A stretch of 64,000 bases of DNA, from assembly GCF_009914755.1 (NCBI RefSeq), contig NC_060927.1. One strand, written 5' to 3'. Each line of letters starts with the position of its first letter. Position 1 is the stretch's first letter. The stretch is from the human T2T-CHM13v2.0 reference genome, Homo sapiens. Of the stretch, positions 1-14,504 are shown piece by piece. The position numbers were made by a program, and so were the translations under genes. The notes under the pieces were generated by a model, which was not told the origin of the DNA, searched no databases, and saw only the letters and a program-made list of their open reading frames with translations.

Positions 1-642
1 ATTCTAAGAATGCAAAGATGGATTGCTATTAATCCATAGATTGCCATTAATATAGATCATGAGGTCTAAGGAGACCCAGAGCTAGATGACCATGTCAAAA
101 TATTACAGAAAAATTATTTGATAATTTTTAATATTTATTCCTTTAGGGGAATAAAAGCTCTCAATTAAATGTAGAAAGATATGTTCTTATCCTAACACCA
201 ATAGCTCTTATTATGTGTAGTCATTATCATTAAAACCAGGATTAAAACAAGCATGCCTTCCACCATGATTACTAGATAACCGTCAAACAATTCCAGACAC
301 TCAAATAAATGCAATATGATGAAAGACAAAAATAAGAGTTACAAACTTATGAAAGTAATACCAGATTATTATTCAAAGGAACATTATTGTTTTCCTGAAA
401 GATCCTAACCCATGAGAACTGAGACATTAGCAAAATATATGGTTACAGAGTTAACATACAAAAAAATTAATAGCTAATGATTCTATTCAAATTAAGTTCT
501 GCTCTGAAAGGCAATATTGCTTGAAAAGGAATATAAAGTTTCCAGTGACAGGTGATGGAGATGTTCTGCATCTTGATTAGAATGCTGATTAACAGATATA
601 TAATCCACATTTAAGATATATGAATTTTGCTGTATGCAAATT
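1..642 (+). mobile_element. Highly diverged old L1M fragments (ORF2-like, then a 3' end)
   Basis: A-rich degenerate L1-like text. 530-642 resembles an L1M 3' end (gatggagatgttctgcatcttgat...gtatgcaaatt). Confidence 0.5.
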
Positions 643-2478
643 GGAGTAATACAGTATGTAGCCTTTTCAGACTGGCTTCTTTCACTCAGCAATATGTTTA
701 AGGATCTTCCACGTCTTTTTGTGCTTTGATAACTCATTTCTTTTTATTGCTGAATAATATTTCATCATACGGATGTACCACAGTTTCTGTGTTCGTTCAC
801 CTATTCAAAGACATCTTGGTTGCTTCTAGTTGTTGACAATTATGAATAAAGTAGCTATAAGCATTCATGTGTAGGATTCTGTGTGAACTTAAATTTTCAA
901 TTCATTTAGGTAAATACCTAGGAGCACAATTACTAGATCATACAGTAAGACTATGATTAACTTTGTAAGAAACTGCCAAACTTTCTTCCTTGGTGGCTGT
1001 ACCATTATGCATTCCTGTCAGCACTGAATGAGAGTTCCTGTTACTTCACTTCCTCACCAGCATTTGGTATTATCAGTTTTGTTTTGTTTTTGTTTTTGTT
1101 TTTGTTTTGGATTTTAGCCATTCTAATAGGTGTGTAGTGGTATCCCATTGTTGTTTTAATTGACAGTTCTCTAATGACATATGACATTGAACATCTTTTC
1201 ATATGCTTATTGGCTATCTGTATTATCTTCATTGGTGAGGTATCTGTTCAGATCTCTTGCCCAATTTTTAATTGAATTTTCTTATATTAAATTTTAAGAG
1301 AGATTTGTATATTTTGGATTCAAGTCCTTTATTGAATGTATGCAATTATTTTCTTCCAGTCGATGGCTTGTCTTTTATTCTTTGAATTTATCACAGCAGA
1401 AGTTTTAAATTTAATAAAGTCCAGCTTATCATTTTTTTCTTTCATAGGCTTTGCTTTTTGTGTTGTATCTAAAAACTCATGAAACCCAAAGTCACCTAAA
1501 TTTTCTCCTATGTTATCTTCTACAAGTTCTATAGTTTTGCATTTTACATTTAGGTCTATGACCCATGTTGAGTTAATTTTTGTGAAAGATGTTAGCTCTT
1601 TGTCTAGATTCATGTTTTGCATGTGGATGTCCAGTTGTCCTGGCACCATTTATTGAACAAACAGTCCTTTCTCCATTGAATTGCCTTAGCTCCTTTGTCA
1701 AAGATCAGTTGACTTTATTTGCGTGAGTCTGTCTCTGGACCCTATTCTGTTCTGTTGATCAGTTTCTCTGTTCTTTCATCAGTATTACACTGCCTTCATT
1801 ACTGAACCTTTATCGTAAGTCTTGAAGTTGGATAGTGTCAGTCTTTCAATTTTGTTCTCCTTCAGTATTGCATTGGCTATTGGTCTTTTGCCTTTCCATA
1901 TAAACTTTATAATCAGTTTGTCAATATCCATAAAATAACTTGCTTTGGGATTTTTATTGAGATTTTGTTGAATCTGTAGATCAAGTTGGGAAGAACTGAC
2001 ATCTTCACAATATTGAGTCTTCTCATCTGTGAACATAGAATATCTCTCCATTTCTTTAGACCTTCTTTGATTTCTTTCATCAGAGTTTTGCCATTGTCCA
2101 CATACAGATCTTGTACATATTTTGTTAAATTTATACCTAAGTGTTTTCTTTCCTTCCTTTTTTCTTTTTGGTGTTAGTGTACATAGTGTTGTGTTTTTCA
2201 TTTTAAATTCCAATTGTTCATTGATGGTATATAGAAAACCAACTGACTTTTGTATATTAATATTGCTTATTAGTTCCAGTATTTTTTGTTGTTGTTGTTT
2301 TTTGTCAGTTCTCTGAGATTTTCTACGTTGGCAATCATGTCATCTGCAAACAAAGTTTTATTTATTCTCAATCTGTATACTTGTAGTTCCTTTTCTTGCT
2401 TTATTGCATTAGCTAGGGCTTCCAGTGTGACATGGAATAGGAGTGGTGACAGGTAACATTCTTGTCTTGTTCTTTATC
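643..2478 (-). mobile_element. L1M (MB/MC-type) fragment, ORF2 3' part and 3'UTR
   Basis: Minus-strand ORFs carry L1 ORF2 remnants ([50 protein letters not shown]). Confidence 0.9.
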
Positions 2479-2559
2479 TATATGTAAATTATACCTCACT
2501 AAAATAAGTTAATAAAAACGTAATACTTCCCCTATATAGCAGGAGTGACTATGTAGAAT

Positions 2560-3950
2560 ATATAAAGAAATTTTTTTCATAATTGCAACAGAAAAACTTA
2601 ATATTTAACCAACACAGAAAGAAAACTATAAAGCCTCACTGCAAGAAGGAGCATAAAAGAAGATTTGAATTAATGAAGAGAGAGATCACATTCTATCTCA
2701 AAGGGAGATTTAATATTGCCAGGATTGCCCAAATTAGTTATAATAAATAGCCTTATTGAAATCCAAATCAAAATTCTAATAATGGAATTCTTAATTAACC
2801 TATGGAAAATGAGTCCAAAGTTTATCTAAAAGTATAAACAGAAACAAGTAGTAAAGATATTTTTGAAAAACAAGAGTAATGAGGGGGGGGCCAGATTTGC
2901 TTTACCAAAAATCAAAACATGTCATTAAGTAATATTAATCAAAATATTGTATTACAAATATAAGAGAACAGATTAGGGTAACTAGATAGCCCTGAAACAG
3001 TTTGTTTATAACAGTTTTATTATATTTTTAAAATTTAAATATAATAAAGGTAGCAGTTCAAAATCTGGGCAAAGGATAAGTCAGTAAATGGTATTAGGAG
3101 AATTAATTACTTGGAAAAAATAAGTTAGAGCTTCATCACACACAGTATATCAAGGTAAATTACAAATGGATTGAACTTTTTGTCTTTGGTTTCTCAGGAA
3201 ACCTTGGGGAGAAGTCTTAGTATAGGGCATTTAGTGTTGAGTGCACTGGGAGATAGAGTGAAGCGGAGTGGAGGCGGGCAGTCCCTCTAATACATGCTAA
3301 TATGAAGAGCTCAGCTGACTCCACAGGTAGCTGGGGAGCTGGGCTAGCCCATCACAGCTGTCCCAAATTGAGACAAGGGCCTGTGTTCCCTGACATCAAC
3401 CAGGTGTTGAATGTGGGATTTACCCTGGAGGGGCATGGTGTAGGGTGAGGCAACTCCCTTTGGCTCAGTGAGATTTCTGGGAGAGAGATTGAACAATGAG
3501 CCATCAGCATCCAACAGTCCAAGAAATTCGGGAATGAGAGCCTAAGTCTTCAAGAGGGGACCTGAGTGGCACACAACATCCACTACATAGTGTAGAAGAT
3601 GAAATTATAAAACAAATAGAGGAAAATATTGGTAAATATTTCCAAAAACAGGATTGGGAAGGACTTTTCTTTGGTCAAAAACAAAACAAAACTCCATAGA
3701 CAAAACAAAATCAAAGGCAGACAAACTATTGGGGGAAAATATTTTCAGTAAACATGATTGTTACCAAGTTTCTAGCCTTGACATATTAAAAAATACTCAC
3801 AATAGATTTTTAAAGACTAATATTACAGGAAAAAAGCAGACAGTGCTCTTGAGCAAAAGAAAATATACAGGTGAGCAATAAACTTCTGGAAAAGTGTTCA
3901 ATTTCATTAATAGCCAAAGGAATACAAATATAATACTATTTTTCCCCTTT
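2560..3950 (+). mobile_element. Old L1M(E)-like ORF2 remnant interrupted by an LTR
   Basis: Degenerate L1 ORF2 motifs are collinear on both sides of 3181-3587. Confidence 0.65.
3181..3587 (-). mobile_element. ERVL solo LTR, LTR33-like
   Basis: The reverse complement begins TGTAGTGGATG, and the body resembles the copy at 19534-19993. Confidence 0.7.
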
Positions 3951-4179
3951 AAGTTGACCAAAACTGAGGCCTATAGAGTTTAAGTAACTTCTTCAAAGTC
4001 CCATCACAGGAACATAACAGAGGAGGCATTCAAATCTAGGGTTGAATGCTGGTTTAATGTGGCACAATATAAACACATGTAATCAAAGCCTCATTAAATA
4101 GTAAAGGGATTATTTAAAATAGTAGACCAGAAGAACAAAGAAAACAGGAGAGCAAACACAGCAATATAATTTAAGAAGT

Positions 4180-5357
4180 TAAAAGCACAGGCAACAAAAG
4201 CAAAAATAGACAAATAGGATTACATGAAACTAATAAACATTTGCACAGCAAAGGAAATAGCAGAGTGAAGAGATGGCCTAAAGAATGGGAGAAAATATTT
4301 GCAAATTATACATCTGACAAGGGGTTAATATCCAGACTATATAAGGAACTTAATAGCAAAAAAAAAACTAACCTGATTTTTAAATGAGCAAAAGACCTTC
4401 ACAGACATTTCTCAAGATAAACAAATGGCCAACAGATACATGAAAAAATGCTCATTACTAACCATGAGGGAAATACAAATCAAAACCACAATGAGATACC
4501 ATCTCATCCAGTTAAAGTGACTATTATTTTAAAAGAGACAAAAGAAAACAAGTGCCGGTGAGGATGTGGAGAAAAGAAAACACTTGCACACTGTTGGTAG
4601 GATTGTAAACTAGTACAGCCATTATGGAAAACAGTATGGAAGTTCCTCAAAAAATTAAAAATAGAGCTACCACATGATCCACCAATCCCATTACTGTATA
4701 TATATCCAAAGGAAATCAGTATATCAAAAGATATCTGCACTCTTAGGGTTATTGCAGCATTATTCAAAATAGTGAAGATATGGAATCAACCTAAGTATCC
4801 AACAATGGATGAATAAAGACAATGTGGTATATGTACACAATGGAATACTATTCAGCCATAAAAATGAAGGAAATCCTGTCCTTTGCAACAACATGGATCA
4901 GCTTGGAGGACATTATGTTAAGTGAAATAAGGCAGCCACAGAAAGACAAATACTACATGATCTCACCACTCATATGTGGTATCTAAAAAAAGAAAAAGAG
5001 GTGATATAGAAGCAAAGAGTAGAACAGTGATTACTAGAGACTGGGAGGGGAGGAAGGAGAGAATGGGGAGAGGATGGTTAATAGGTAAAAGGTTACAACC
5101 AGGAGAAATAGGTTCTAGTGTTCTATTGAACAGTAGGGTGACTATGGTTAATAGTAAAACATTGTGTATTACTAAATACTAGAAGAGAGGCTTGTGAAGG
5201 TGGTTCTCACCACAAAAAAAAAGATGATAAATGCATGAGGTAATAGATATGCTAAATACCCTGATTTGATCATTATACAATGTAGATATTAACCAAAACA
5301 TCAAATTGTTCTCTATAAATATGTACAATTCCAATTTGTCAATTAAAAAATAAAAAC
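4180..5357 (+). mobile_element. L1MA-type 3' fragment
   Basis: L1 ORF2 C-terminal and 3'UTR text (aaaagcaaaaatagacaaat...gttctattgaacagtagggtgactatggtta) ending in an A-rich tail. Confidence 0.9.
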
Positions 5358-6379
5358 CAAAATCTAGAAAACAAATGGAGAAAGGGTAACTTCCTTGGAA
5401 ACCTGATGAAGTTGAATCCTAAACTAGGAGTCAGGAAGACCTAGAACCAACTATAGAACCTCCCAAAACCTTAAGATTCGGCAGTAATTCCAGGAACCCC
5501 TGGGAATGGGGGTGGAGGTGGAACTACAGGTCAGAGAATTGGTTGAATGACTATGGAAACACCAAGCATTGTATACAAAAATAGGGTGTAAAGGCAGTTT
5601 TACATACTGAATGCTGAGACCCTGGCCCTCTTCCTAGCTTGCTGGCAAAGTATCAGTAACCAGAGCCACACCCTCCAGGCAGGAGACTGAAAGGAAAGAT
5701 ATGACATTGACATCCAGGATTCCCTAAGTTATATTACAAAGCCTGTTTCTTTCCCACCACACCAGGTTGTGATATTCTCCAAATCAGATTTAAAGAGTTG
5801 TAAAACAACAATCTTGACAATTGGTTTTATTGAGGTTGGGGGTATAGGTGGGAGAAGAAAACAGTACAAAAAGGCACCACACTGTGGTCCTAGTGTGACC
5901 TTGCTTGCCTATGAGGACTGGCCTTTCGTTCCAGCACTGCTTTTCTCAAACCCTAAAAAACAGGCTATGCCTTGGTTTTCAGGTTTTCAGCCTGAGCTGT
6001 TTGCTCCTGTGAGACCTCAAATTTATTTCACCTGTGTGTCTGGTGGGAAGGTGCTGATCTTCAATCACCCTTACGGCCCTGCTTACTTCAAACTCAGCAT
6101 GTGGTAAAGAGAGCATGGCCTCCAGGGAATATTCTCCCACCGGCTCCTTCCTCTCCCTGCAACTTGCACATCCTGGGTGGCCTCTCCCCACTTTTGTTTG
6201 CCGGTTTTAAAAAGTTGAGGCCATAGAGACTGTGGAACATGAAGCACAGGCTTTTTCTGGAGGCCCTGTCTTGGTGTCCCAGGTTCTCACTTGCTACATT
6301 GCTCTGAGCCCTTGGGAAGGCTGAGGGAGGATGAGATGATGATACTCTAGGAAGGAGGAAGACACCCTCAGGATTAATA

Positions 6380-6570
6380 ATAATCGATCATAGCAGCCAT
6401 GATGGCTGTACCAGACACTGTGAGATGCACTTTCCTATATTATCACAGAAGTCTTCATAAGCCTCTATTTCATGGATGAGGAAAGTGAGGCACAAAGTGA
6501 TCAAGATCACACAGCTGAAAGCACTCTCCTGAGCCACCTGGATGTGAACTAAGTCTGTCTCATTCCAAGG
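6380..6570 (-). mobile_element. MIR SINE
   Basis: MIR core (atgaggaaagtgaggcacaaag...aagatcacacagct). Confidence 0.7.
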
Positions 6571-7037
6571 ACATCACTCTCCCTACCACCTCCAGTTCCT
6601 CTCAGGCTATGCAGCTCATCAGCAGAGGACTTAGTGTGCAGCTGTTATTAGATCAGTGACTTTCAGTCTTGGCTTCACATTATATCCACTTGGGGAGTTT
6701 TTAAAAACCCCGTTGACTCCATTGAGAAGCAAGGTTGAGAACTACTTATCATATACACACACATAACCCTAGAATACAAAGTTGGTATCATCTTAAAAGC
6801 TAATGTTAACCTCATTCTTAAACTTTAAGATTACACCTTGGGTAATCTCATGACCACTTTGAGCATCTTATTTACAAATTTATTTTCATGTCAAGCTAAC
6901 AGGCATGGTAACTAAACAAAAACACAGAACATAGCTTCATTGGGCTTGGGAATTCTAGTTGCTGCCATACATGCCCATGTGTGATAGGGAGTCATAATTC
7001 TGAAGAGTTAGAAAACGCAGGTTCAAGTTTCAACCCT

Positions 7038-7856
7038 TTTACTAGATAGGAAAAACCAAACTGCTTTTCTTTGTGCTCATACTCAACACACAACTCTTCT
7101 GACATCAAATGTTGGGGGCAGTGGGTTCCCACACTAGCCAATTCTCCAACTTCCAGACACCAACTGGGTGTTCTACAATTTAACTCAATTTTTATACTGT
7201 CTACCTGGCAATAGCATGAGATCCCATAAGTTAAGAGCTCAGCCCCACAAGACTGCTCCCACTTTAGATGCCAGTCACAAGTCCAGGTTGCCACCTATGC
7301 TTTTGACTGAGTGGCAGTAAATCAGAGGTTCCCACAACCCCTTCCTCGGGTTTAATAATTTGCTTGAACAGCTTACAGAATTCAGGAAAACCATATGCTT
7401 AGTAGCTTACTGCTTTATTAGAAAAGAATACAACTCAGGAACAGCCAGAAAGAAGACGTGCCTAGGGCAAGGTATATGGGAGGGGCACAGAGCTTCCATG
7501 CCCTTTCTGGGCATCCCACCCTCCTAGCACTGTTATGTGTTCAGCAATCCAGAGGCTCTCTGAACCCTATCATTCTGGGTTTTGATGGAGGCTTCATTAC
7601 ATAGGCATGCTTGGTTAAATCACTGGCCATTAGCAATGAACTCAACTTCTAACCCCTCTCCTCCTCTCCCCAGAGGTCAGGGGTTCCGGCTGAAAGTTCC
7701 AGCCCTCTAATCACTTGGTTGGTTCCCCTGGCAACCAGCCCCCATCTGGAGGCTTTCCAGGAGCCCCCAGCCACCATCATCTCATTAGCATACAAAAAGA
7801 AGCTGTGTGCCAAGAAACCAGGCAGAGACCAAATATATATTTCTTATTATGTCACA
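7038..7856 (-). mobile_element. MER21-type LTR
   Basis: The reverse complement starts TGTGACATAATAAGAAATATATATTTGGTCTCTGCC, typical of MER21. Confidence 0.8.
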
Positions 7857-10719
7857 ACCACTTAACCACCTTTGTGATCTTGACCTTGAAATGTCTCGTG
7901 AAACAAAGAAGCCAGCGTGATTTTTGAACAGAAGAATGACATGCTGGGGGTGGAGGAGATCCTTTCCCAAATACTGGAAAGCTAGAGACAAAGATGTTTT
8001 CAGGGAAGTCAGGGTATTAATAATGCCACCCTTATCCACACATTCCAACCTCCATGAAGTTGAAGCTATGGAGTACAATCTAATGCTGATTCTGTCTTAA
8101 GCATCAGGAGAGCCTTCTTTGTAAGAATTCCTTAAATAGAAGCATATGCAGTATACTACTGGTCTTCCAAAATGGAGATTTAAGTTCAAGCCTGCAAGAG
8201 CAGTGGCAGAGCAAGAATCCAGTGTGACTTCATATTACCATAAACGTCTTATCCATCAGGGAAATGAATGCCAGGAGGGGCCCCATGACAAGGACTGCTG
8301 TATCTGCCTTTGCCTGTGTGGTCACACGTCTCTGACCCAATAAATTAGGATCTTACTCTAACTTGAAGTGGGTGTATGGTCTGTCTCAACTCTATATCAC
8401 CTGTATGCTTGTAGACTGGCAAAGAAAGTCCTGGATTTGAGATTTTAGTTGGGGGAAAGAAAGGTGGTACAAGTGGGAGGAAGTAATCACTTCTTAAACT
8501 TACACACATAGAGGTGGTTTAGGAGCCTGCCAAGAACCTTTTTATCTTCCCCAATCTTTGTTCAGGCTCTCCCTTTCAGAAAACGAACAGTGTGTCTTGC
8601 CGACGATTCAATTTAATCATACAGCCTATTTGCCCAAGCTTTGCTTTATAAGCACCAGGCAGGCACATGGTCTCTTCCAAACTTTGTTTCTTGACATTCT
8701 GGAGAAGCATTAGTTTGCTTGTGTCCATTGATTTGCTTGTGTCCTTTAAGCTTGCTTAGCAATAAGGCTGCAGGAGGCAGGGTGAGCAGCATGGACTTTC
8801 ACAGGTGGCTCTTGCTTCTCCCTGCTGTGTTTATTCCACCTCTGCTTCAGCTCATTTTAGACTCCTATTTCTCTATTAAGCCTTGACGTCAGTTTTTATG
8901 TTATAAAACTTATGTCTGTGCCTGTTCTGTTATAAACCACCTTGAAGCCTTTTTGAAAAAATGAAAGACATACATCACAGACCAACATTGTCATCTCAGA
9001 CCTCCATGTCTGTGGTGAGAGCACGATATACACCACATCAGGGGTCTGCTGGTAAAGCTCTCAGCTGGGGATGTTGCCTGGCTGGGGCACATCTGGAGAT
9101 TCAGATCATGTGGAGCCACCCAAGAGACCTGGCCAGGCATCTGAGACTCTAGCCACATTACAGGGGCACAGAATGGTGAGCTGACATCTAGAACATTGAA
9201 TCGCTCAGCCCCATCTCCACGGGAGCTTTGCAGGGAAGCTTGTTTGCTACAGTGAGTTGTACAGAACAGAAGTATTGGCATTTTTATATTGGATTCTTGC
9301 AGCACCTCTGTGAATTAGCATAAGATAGAAAGAACAGAGGTTTGGAGTAAGACAGACCTTATCCTTGAGCAGGAGAAGGACACAAGGTCTGTGACAGAAG
9401 AGGTTGGCCATATAGCAGGGTACTTTTCCTGCCACCCCATCATGCACCCCCTCCCCCATTAAACAGAACCCAGCAAGCCCAGCTCAGAGAGGGGCATAAG
9501 GAGCCAGGCAGACTTTTTCACTGGTAGCAGAAGCTTGTCACATTCTACTTTAAATGTCATATAACCATTTTTTTTTCAAATGGATATAAATTCCTAATTT
9601 GGCTTTTTCCTTTACACATTCCTTTGGCATATGTACTAAGCACATGTTTAAAAAAAAAAAACTAGCTGTAGTTCACTTCTGATTTTCTTACTTTAAAATG
9701 ATCGTCACTTCATACTCATGCATATTTCATTATGTAAACCGTAAGATCCTTTTTGAACTCATGGGAGGAAGGGTAGGCAAGTGTAAAGATACAGTTTTGT
9801 GGGTCATACCAAGTTCGCACCTACAAGAATTCCATAGTGAGACCTATTTCCACCCACGTGACTTCCAGTGCACAGATATTCAGCTGGGTGTATCTAAATG
9901 TCACTGCACAGCATTTGTGAATGGTTATAAAGAAGAAAAATGATACAACATGCTGCTTTGAGGCCATTGGTTTTTTCCTTTTTTTCTTTTTTGTTTTTAC
10001 CTCCTAAAGTTCAAAATTAGAACTTTGTTTAATTAAATACACATCTTCATCTAGGCTTATGTTGTTAGAGAAACTCCTGTTTATCTTAATATCTCTGAAA
10101 CCAGGATGTGTCTTATGGTCTCTGTGAGCCAGACTCATGACGTAGTTACCATTGCCTGTGATGGGTGAATATTGGTTGTAGTTGTTCACCTCATCATCTC
10201 TCCATTTGAGGCAAATGCATCATTGGTGCTATGTGTATTTAACTGCTGTTTTAAAAGCCTTCACAAAGATTTACTGTGATTTAGCATTGAAACAAAAAGT
10301 TGTTGTGTGTGCAGAAGGGCAAGCAGACCAGCAGGCCAGGAATTTGATACTCATGGAACAAATGTCATCATTGTGAGAATGGTCTCCATTCCATATTCCA
10401 AAGCAACAACCAAGTTCTACAACGGAACAAAGGAAAGAAGACACTCACGGAGCAGTTGAAACTAGGTATTTTGTTGCTGAGATGCTTGCAAAAAGATTGG
10501 CAGTTACACACTACTTACTATAACTGAAGGCAGCAGGGATGTATGATAAACTGGTTAGATAAGTCTAAAGGAGTTCTTTCAATAAGGATAGAATAAAGAT
10601 TGTAAATGGAAGAAACCATTGTGACATAGTTTAATTGCTAGCTTTTTTCTTTCTAACTGGCACAAAAAAATAGTGTATTTCTTCTTACATTTGATGAAAT
10701 ATGGGACCTAAAAAAGAAG

Positions 10720-12705
10720 AACTAGGAAGTCCTACCCACAGCAATCAGTCAAGAGAAAGAAATATAGGGCATCCAAATTGGAAAACAGGAAATCAAACTG
10801 TCAGTGTTCTCCAATGATATGATCATATATATACAACACCCTAAAGACTTATCCAAAAGGCTCCTAGATCTGTAAACAAATTCAGCAGAGTCTCAAGTTA
10901 CAAAATCAATGTACACAAATCAGTAGTACTGCTATACACCAAAAACAACCAAGCTGAGAATCAAATCAAGAACTCGATCACTTTTACAACAGCTGAAAAA
11001 AAAAGAAAACCCTAGGAATATACTTAACCAAGGAGGTGAAAGATCTCTACAAGGAAAACTACAAAACACTGCTGAAAGAAATGACACATAACACAAACAA
11101 ATGGATTCACATCCCATGCTCATAGATGGGAAGAATCAATATTGTGAAAATGACCAGACTGCCAAAAGCAATCTACAGATACAATGCAATTCCTGTCAAA
11201 ATACCATTATAATTTTTCACAGAACTAGAAAAAACAATTCTAAAATTCATATGGAACCAAAAAAGAGCCCACATAATCAAAGCAATACTAAGCAAAAAGA
11301 ACAGATCTGGAGACATCACATTACCAATCTTCAAATTATACTACAAAGCTACAGTTACCAAAACAGCATGGTACTTATATAAAAACAGGCACTTAGACCA
11401 ATGGGACGGAATAGAGAACCCAGAAATAAAACCAAATACCTACAGCCAACTGATCTACAAACCATGCAAAAACATAAACTGGGGAAAAGACACCCTATTT
11501 AATAAATGGTGCTGGGAAAACTGGCAAGTCATATGTAGAAGAATGAAACTGAATCCCTATCCCTCGCCTTATACAAAAATCAACTCAAGATGGATCAGAC
11601 TTAAATCTAAGACATGAAACTATAAAAATTCTAGAAGATAACGTTGGAAAATCTCTTCTGGACATTGGCCTAGGCAAAGAATTTATGACCAAGAACCCAA
11701 AAGCAAATGCAACAAAAACATAAATAAATAGGACCTAATTAAACTAAAAAGCTTCTACACAGTAAAATAGGCAGTGTAAACAGACAGTATTTGCAAACTG
11801 TGCATCCAACACAGGACTAGTATCCAGAATCTACAAGGAACTTAAATCAGCAAGACAAAACCAATCCCATCAAAAAGTGGGCAATGGACATAAAAAGACA
11901 TTTCTCAAAAGAAGATATACAAATGGCCATTAAAAATGAAAAAAATGTTCAACATTACTAATCATCAGGGAAATGCTAATTAAAACCGCAGTGAGATGCC
12001 ACCTTACTCCTGTAAGAATGGCCATAATTTAAAAGTCAAAAATCAATAGTCGTTGGCGTGGATGTGGTGAAAGAACACTGTTACACTGTTGGTGGAAATG
12101 TAAATTAGTAAAACCACTATGGAAAACAGTATGGAGATTCCTTAAAGAACTAAAAGTAGATCTATCATTCTATCCAGCAATCCCTCTACTGGGTATCTAC
12201 CAAAGAATAAGAAGTCATTATATGAAAAAGATACGAGCACATGCATGTTTATAGCAGCACAATTCACAATTACAGAGATATGAAACCAACCTAAGTGCCC
12301 ACCAACCAACGAATGGATAAAGAAAATGTGGTATACATACACTATGGAACACTACTCAGCCATAAAAAGAAACAAAATAATGTGATTTGCAGCAACTTGG
12401 ATGGAGCTGGAGTCCATTATTCCAAGTGAAGTAACTTAGGAATGCAAAACCAAATACTGTATGGTATCACTTATAAGTGGCAGCTAAGCTATGATGATGC
12501 AGAGACATACAGAGTGATATAATGGACTTTGGGGACTCAGAGTGTAGGGGGACGTTGGGAGGCGGGTGAGGGATAAAAGACTACATACTGGGTACAGCAT
12601 ACACTGCTCGGGTGGCAGATGCACTAAAATCTCAGAATTCACCACTGTAGAACTCATCCATGTAACCAAAAACCACCTGTACCCCAAAAATACTGATTAA
12701 AAAAT
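10720..12705 (+). mobile_element. 5'-truncated L1PB-type element (RT end, ORF2 C-terminus, 3'UTR)
   Basis: Contiguous but frameshifted L1 ORF2 sequence; 3'UTR ggataaaagactacatactgggtacag...catgtaaccaaaaaccacctgtacccc. Confidence 0.92.
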
Positions 12706-12906
12706 ATAGCTTAATAATAGAAAATGAAAAACAAAGACAAGCTATAGTTTCTTCAGATAACTATTGTACCTGTTGCCCAGTTGTTACATGAAAAACTCAT
12801 AAAATTTACTCCCAGAATCACATATGTCTACCACTTACCTGGCCACAAGCTCACTTGTCCTCAGATGGTTTTGACTTGGGCAACAAAAATTTCATGGCAT
12901 CTTTGA

Positions 12907-13234
<328 letters not shown>

Positions 13235-13721
13235 AAGTCTATAGTCTTACAGATGGAGATGCTGAAGCCCAAGCCCAAAAGCCTCCATTATGTATTTATT
13301 CACATAGAGCATGAGAATGTGCTGCACGGATGCCTTCGTCCAGTGCTCCAGGTGGACTCTCTGGGCATAAAGGGGAATAGAGGGGAAGGAGAGGAAAAGA
13401 GGGTAGGGAAGTGGTTTCTCTTTGAGCAGTTATTCATTCTGCTCTTGGAAGTTTTTATTTTCTCCAGCCTCTGCTCCAGGACACCTTCCCTCCAATTCAC
13501 TCTCTCCTGTCCCTTCTCCCCTAACCCACAGCTACTTCTTTTGCTTCTGTTCACTTCTCTCCTCCCTTCCCATCCCTCTTCTAAACTTTGTGGTGGCAGA
13601 TTAGTTGGGGTGGAGAAGGATATGGGAGCATGTAGGGAGAAAGCAACACAAACAGGCCTTGGGGAAACACTTTGAAAACTTATTGGGAACCTTCCCCACC
13701 TCAACCCCTGCCATCTCTAGA

Positions 13722-13925
13722 TCAGGAGTTGGCAAACTACAGCCTGCCATCTCTTCTTATAAATAATGTTATATTGAAACAGCCACACCCGTTCATTTAC
13801 ATCAGATCTGTGGTTTCACCCTACAGTGGCAAAATTGAGTACTGTAATTTTGGTCAGGACCATATCCATCAAGCCTATAATGTTTACTATCTGATCATTT
13901 ACAGAAAGTAAAGTTGTTGACTCCC
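13722..13925. mobile_element. hAT-Charlie MITE, MER58-like
   Basis: caggagttggcaaactacagcc ... tttacagaaagtaaagttgttgactcc. Confidence 0.7.
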
Positions 13926-14504
13926 ATAAGTGCCTCCCTGAGAGTATTCTACAGAATTCTCATTCTGCAAAATGTTAAATAGGTATTGCTGGCAAGAAAA
14001 TTCTATAGTCAAATCATTTTGGAAACCCTGCTTTTTAATTCCAGGACTTCTTAGAGTTTTTAATAAGTTAATGTGCATTATGAATTTCTAAGAGGTTGCC
14101 ATAGTTTGCAGCATTTTCCCAAGTTTATTTGGGAACCCTTTTCTTACAAGTACAGAGTGATGGGTAGAGCTCCTGAGAACACACTTTGGGAAATGGCTCT
14201 TTAACAATAGCCAAGATACATTGTTAAGTGAGAAAAACAAGGTGTGTCCAGGACACACTCATCTGTGTGAAAAGTAGGAGAGGGAAAATGTAGCTAAGTG
14301 TTTGCTTGTGACGTTTTAATTGTGTCTGGAAAGGTCCATGAGGAACTGGTAATGCTACTCACCTTCAGGCGGGTTAAAGCTGGGAGAGAGACATCACACA
14401 GTAGTTATTTTCTGCATCTTGACTCTTGCATTATGCCAATATACTTTATTACCTAAACAATCAATTAATCCATCTGTCAGTCAACATAATTAAATTTTTA
14501 AACC

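Noticed and set aside
1041-2213. Minus-strand ORFs of 62-142 aa
   Set aside because: Frameshifted L1 ORF2 remnants, not a gene.
13368-13582. Purine tract followed by a pyrimidine tract (quasi-inverted repeat)
   Set aside because: The complementarity is low-complexity and imperfect, so it is likely chance.
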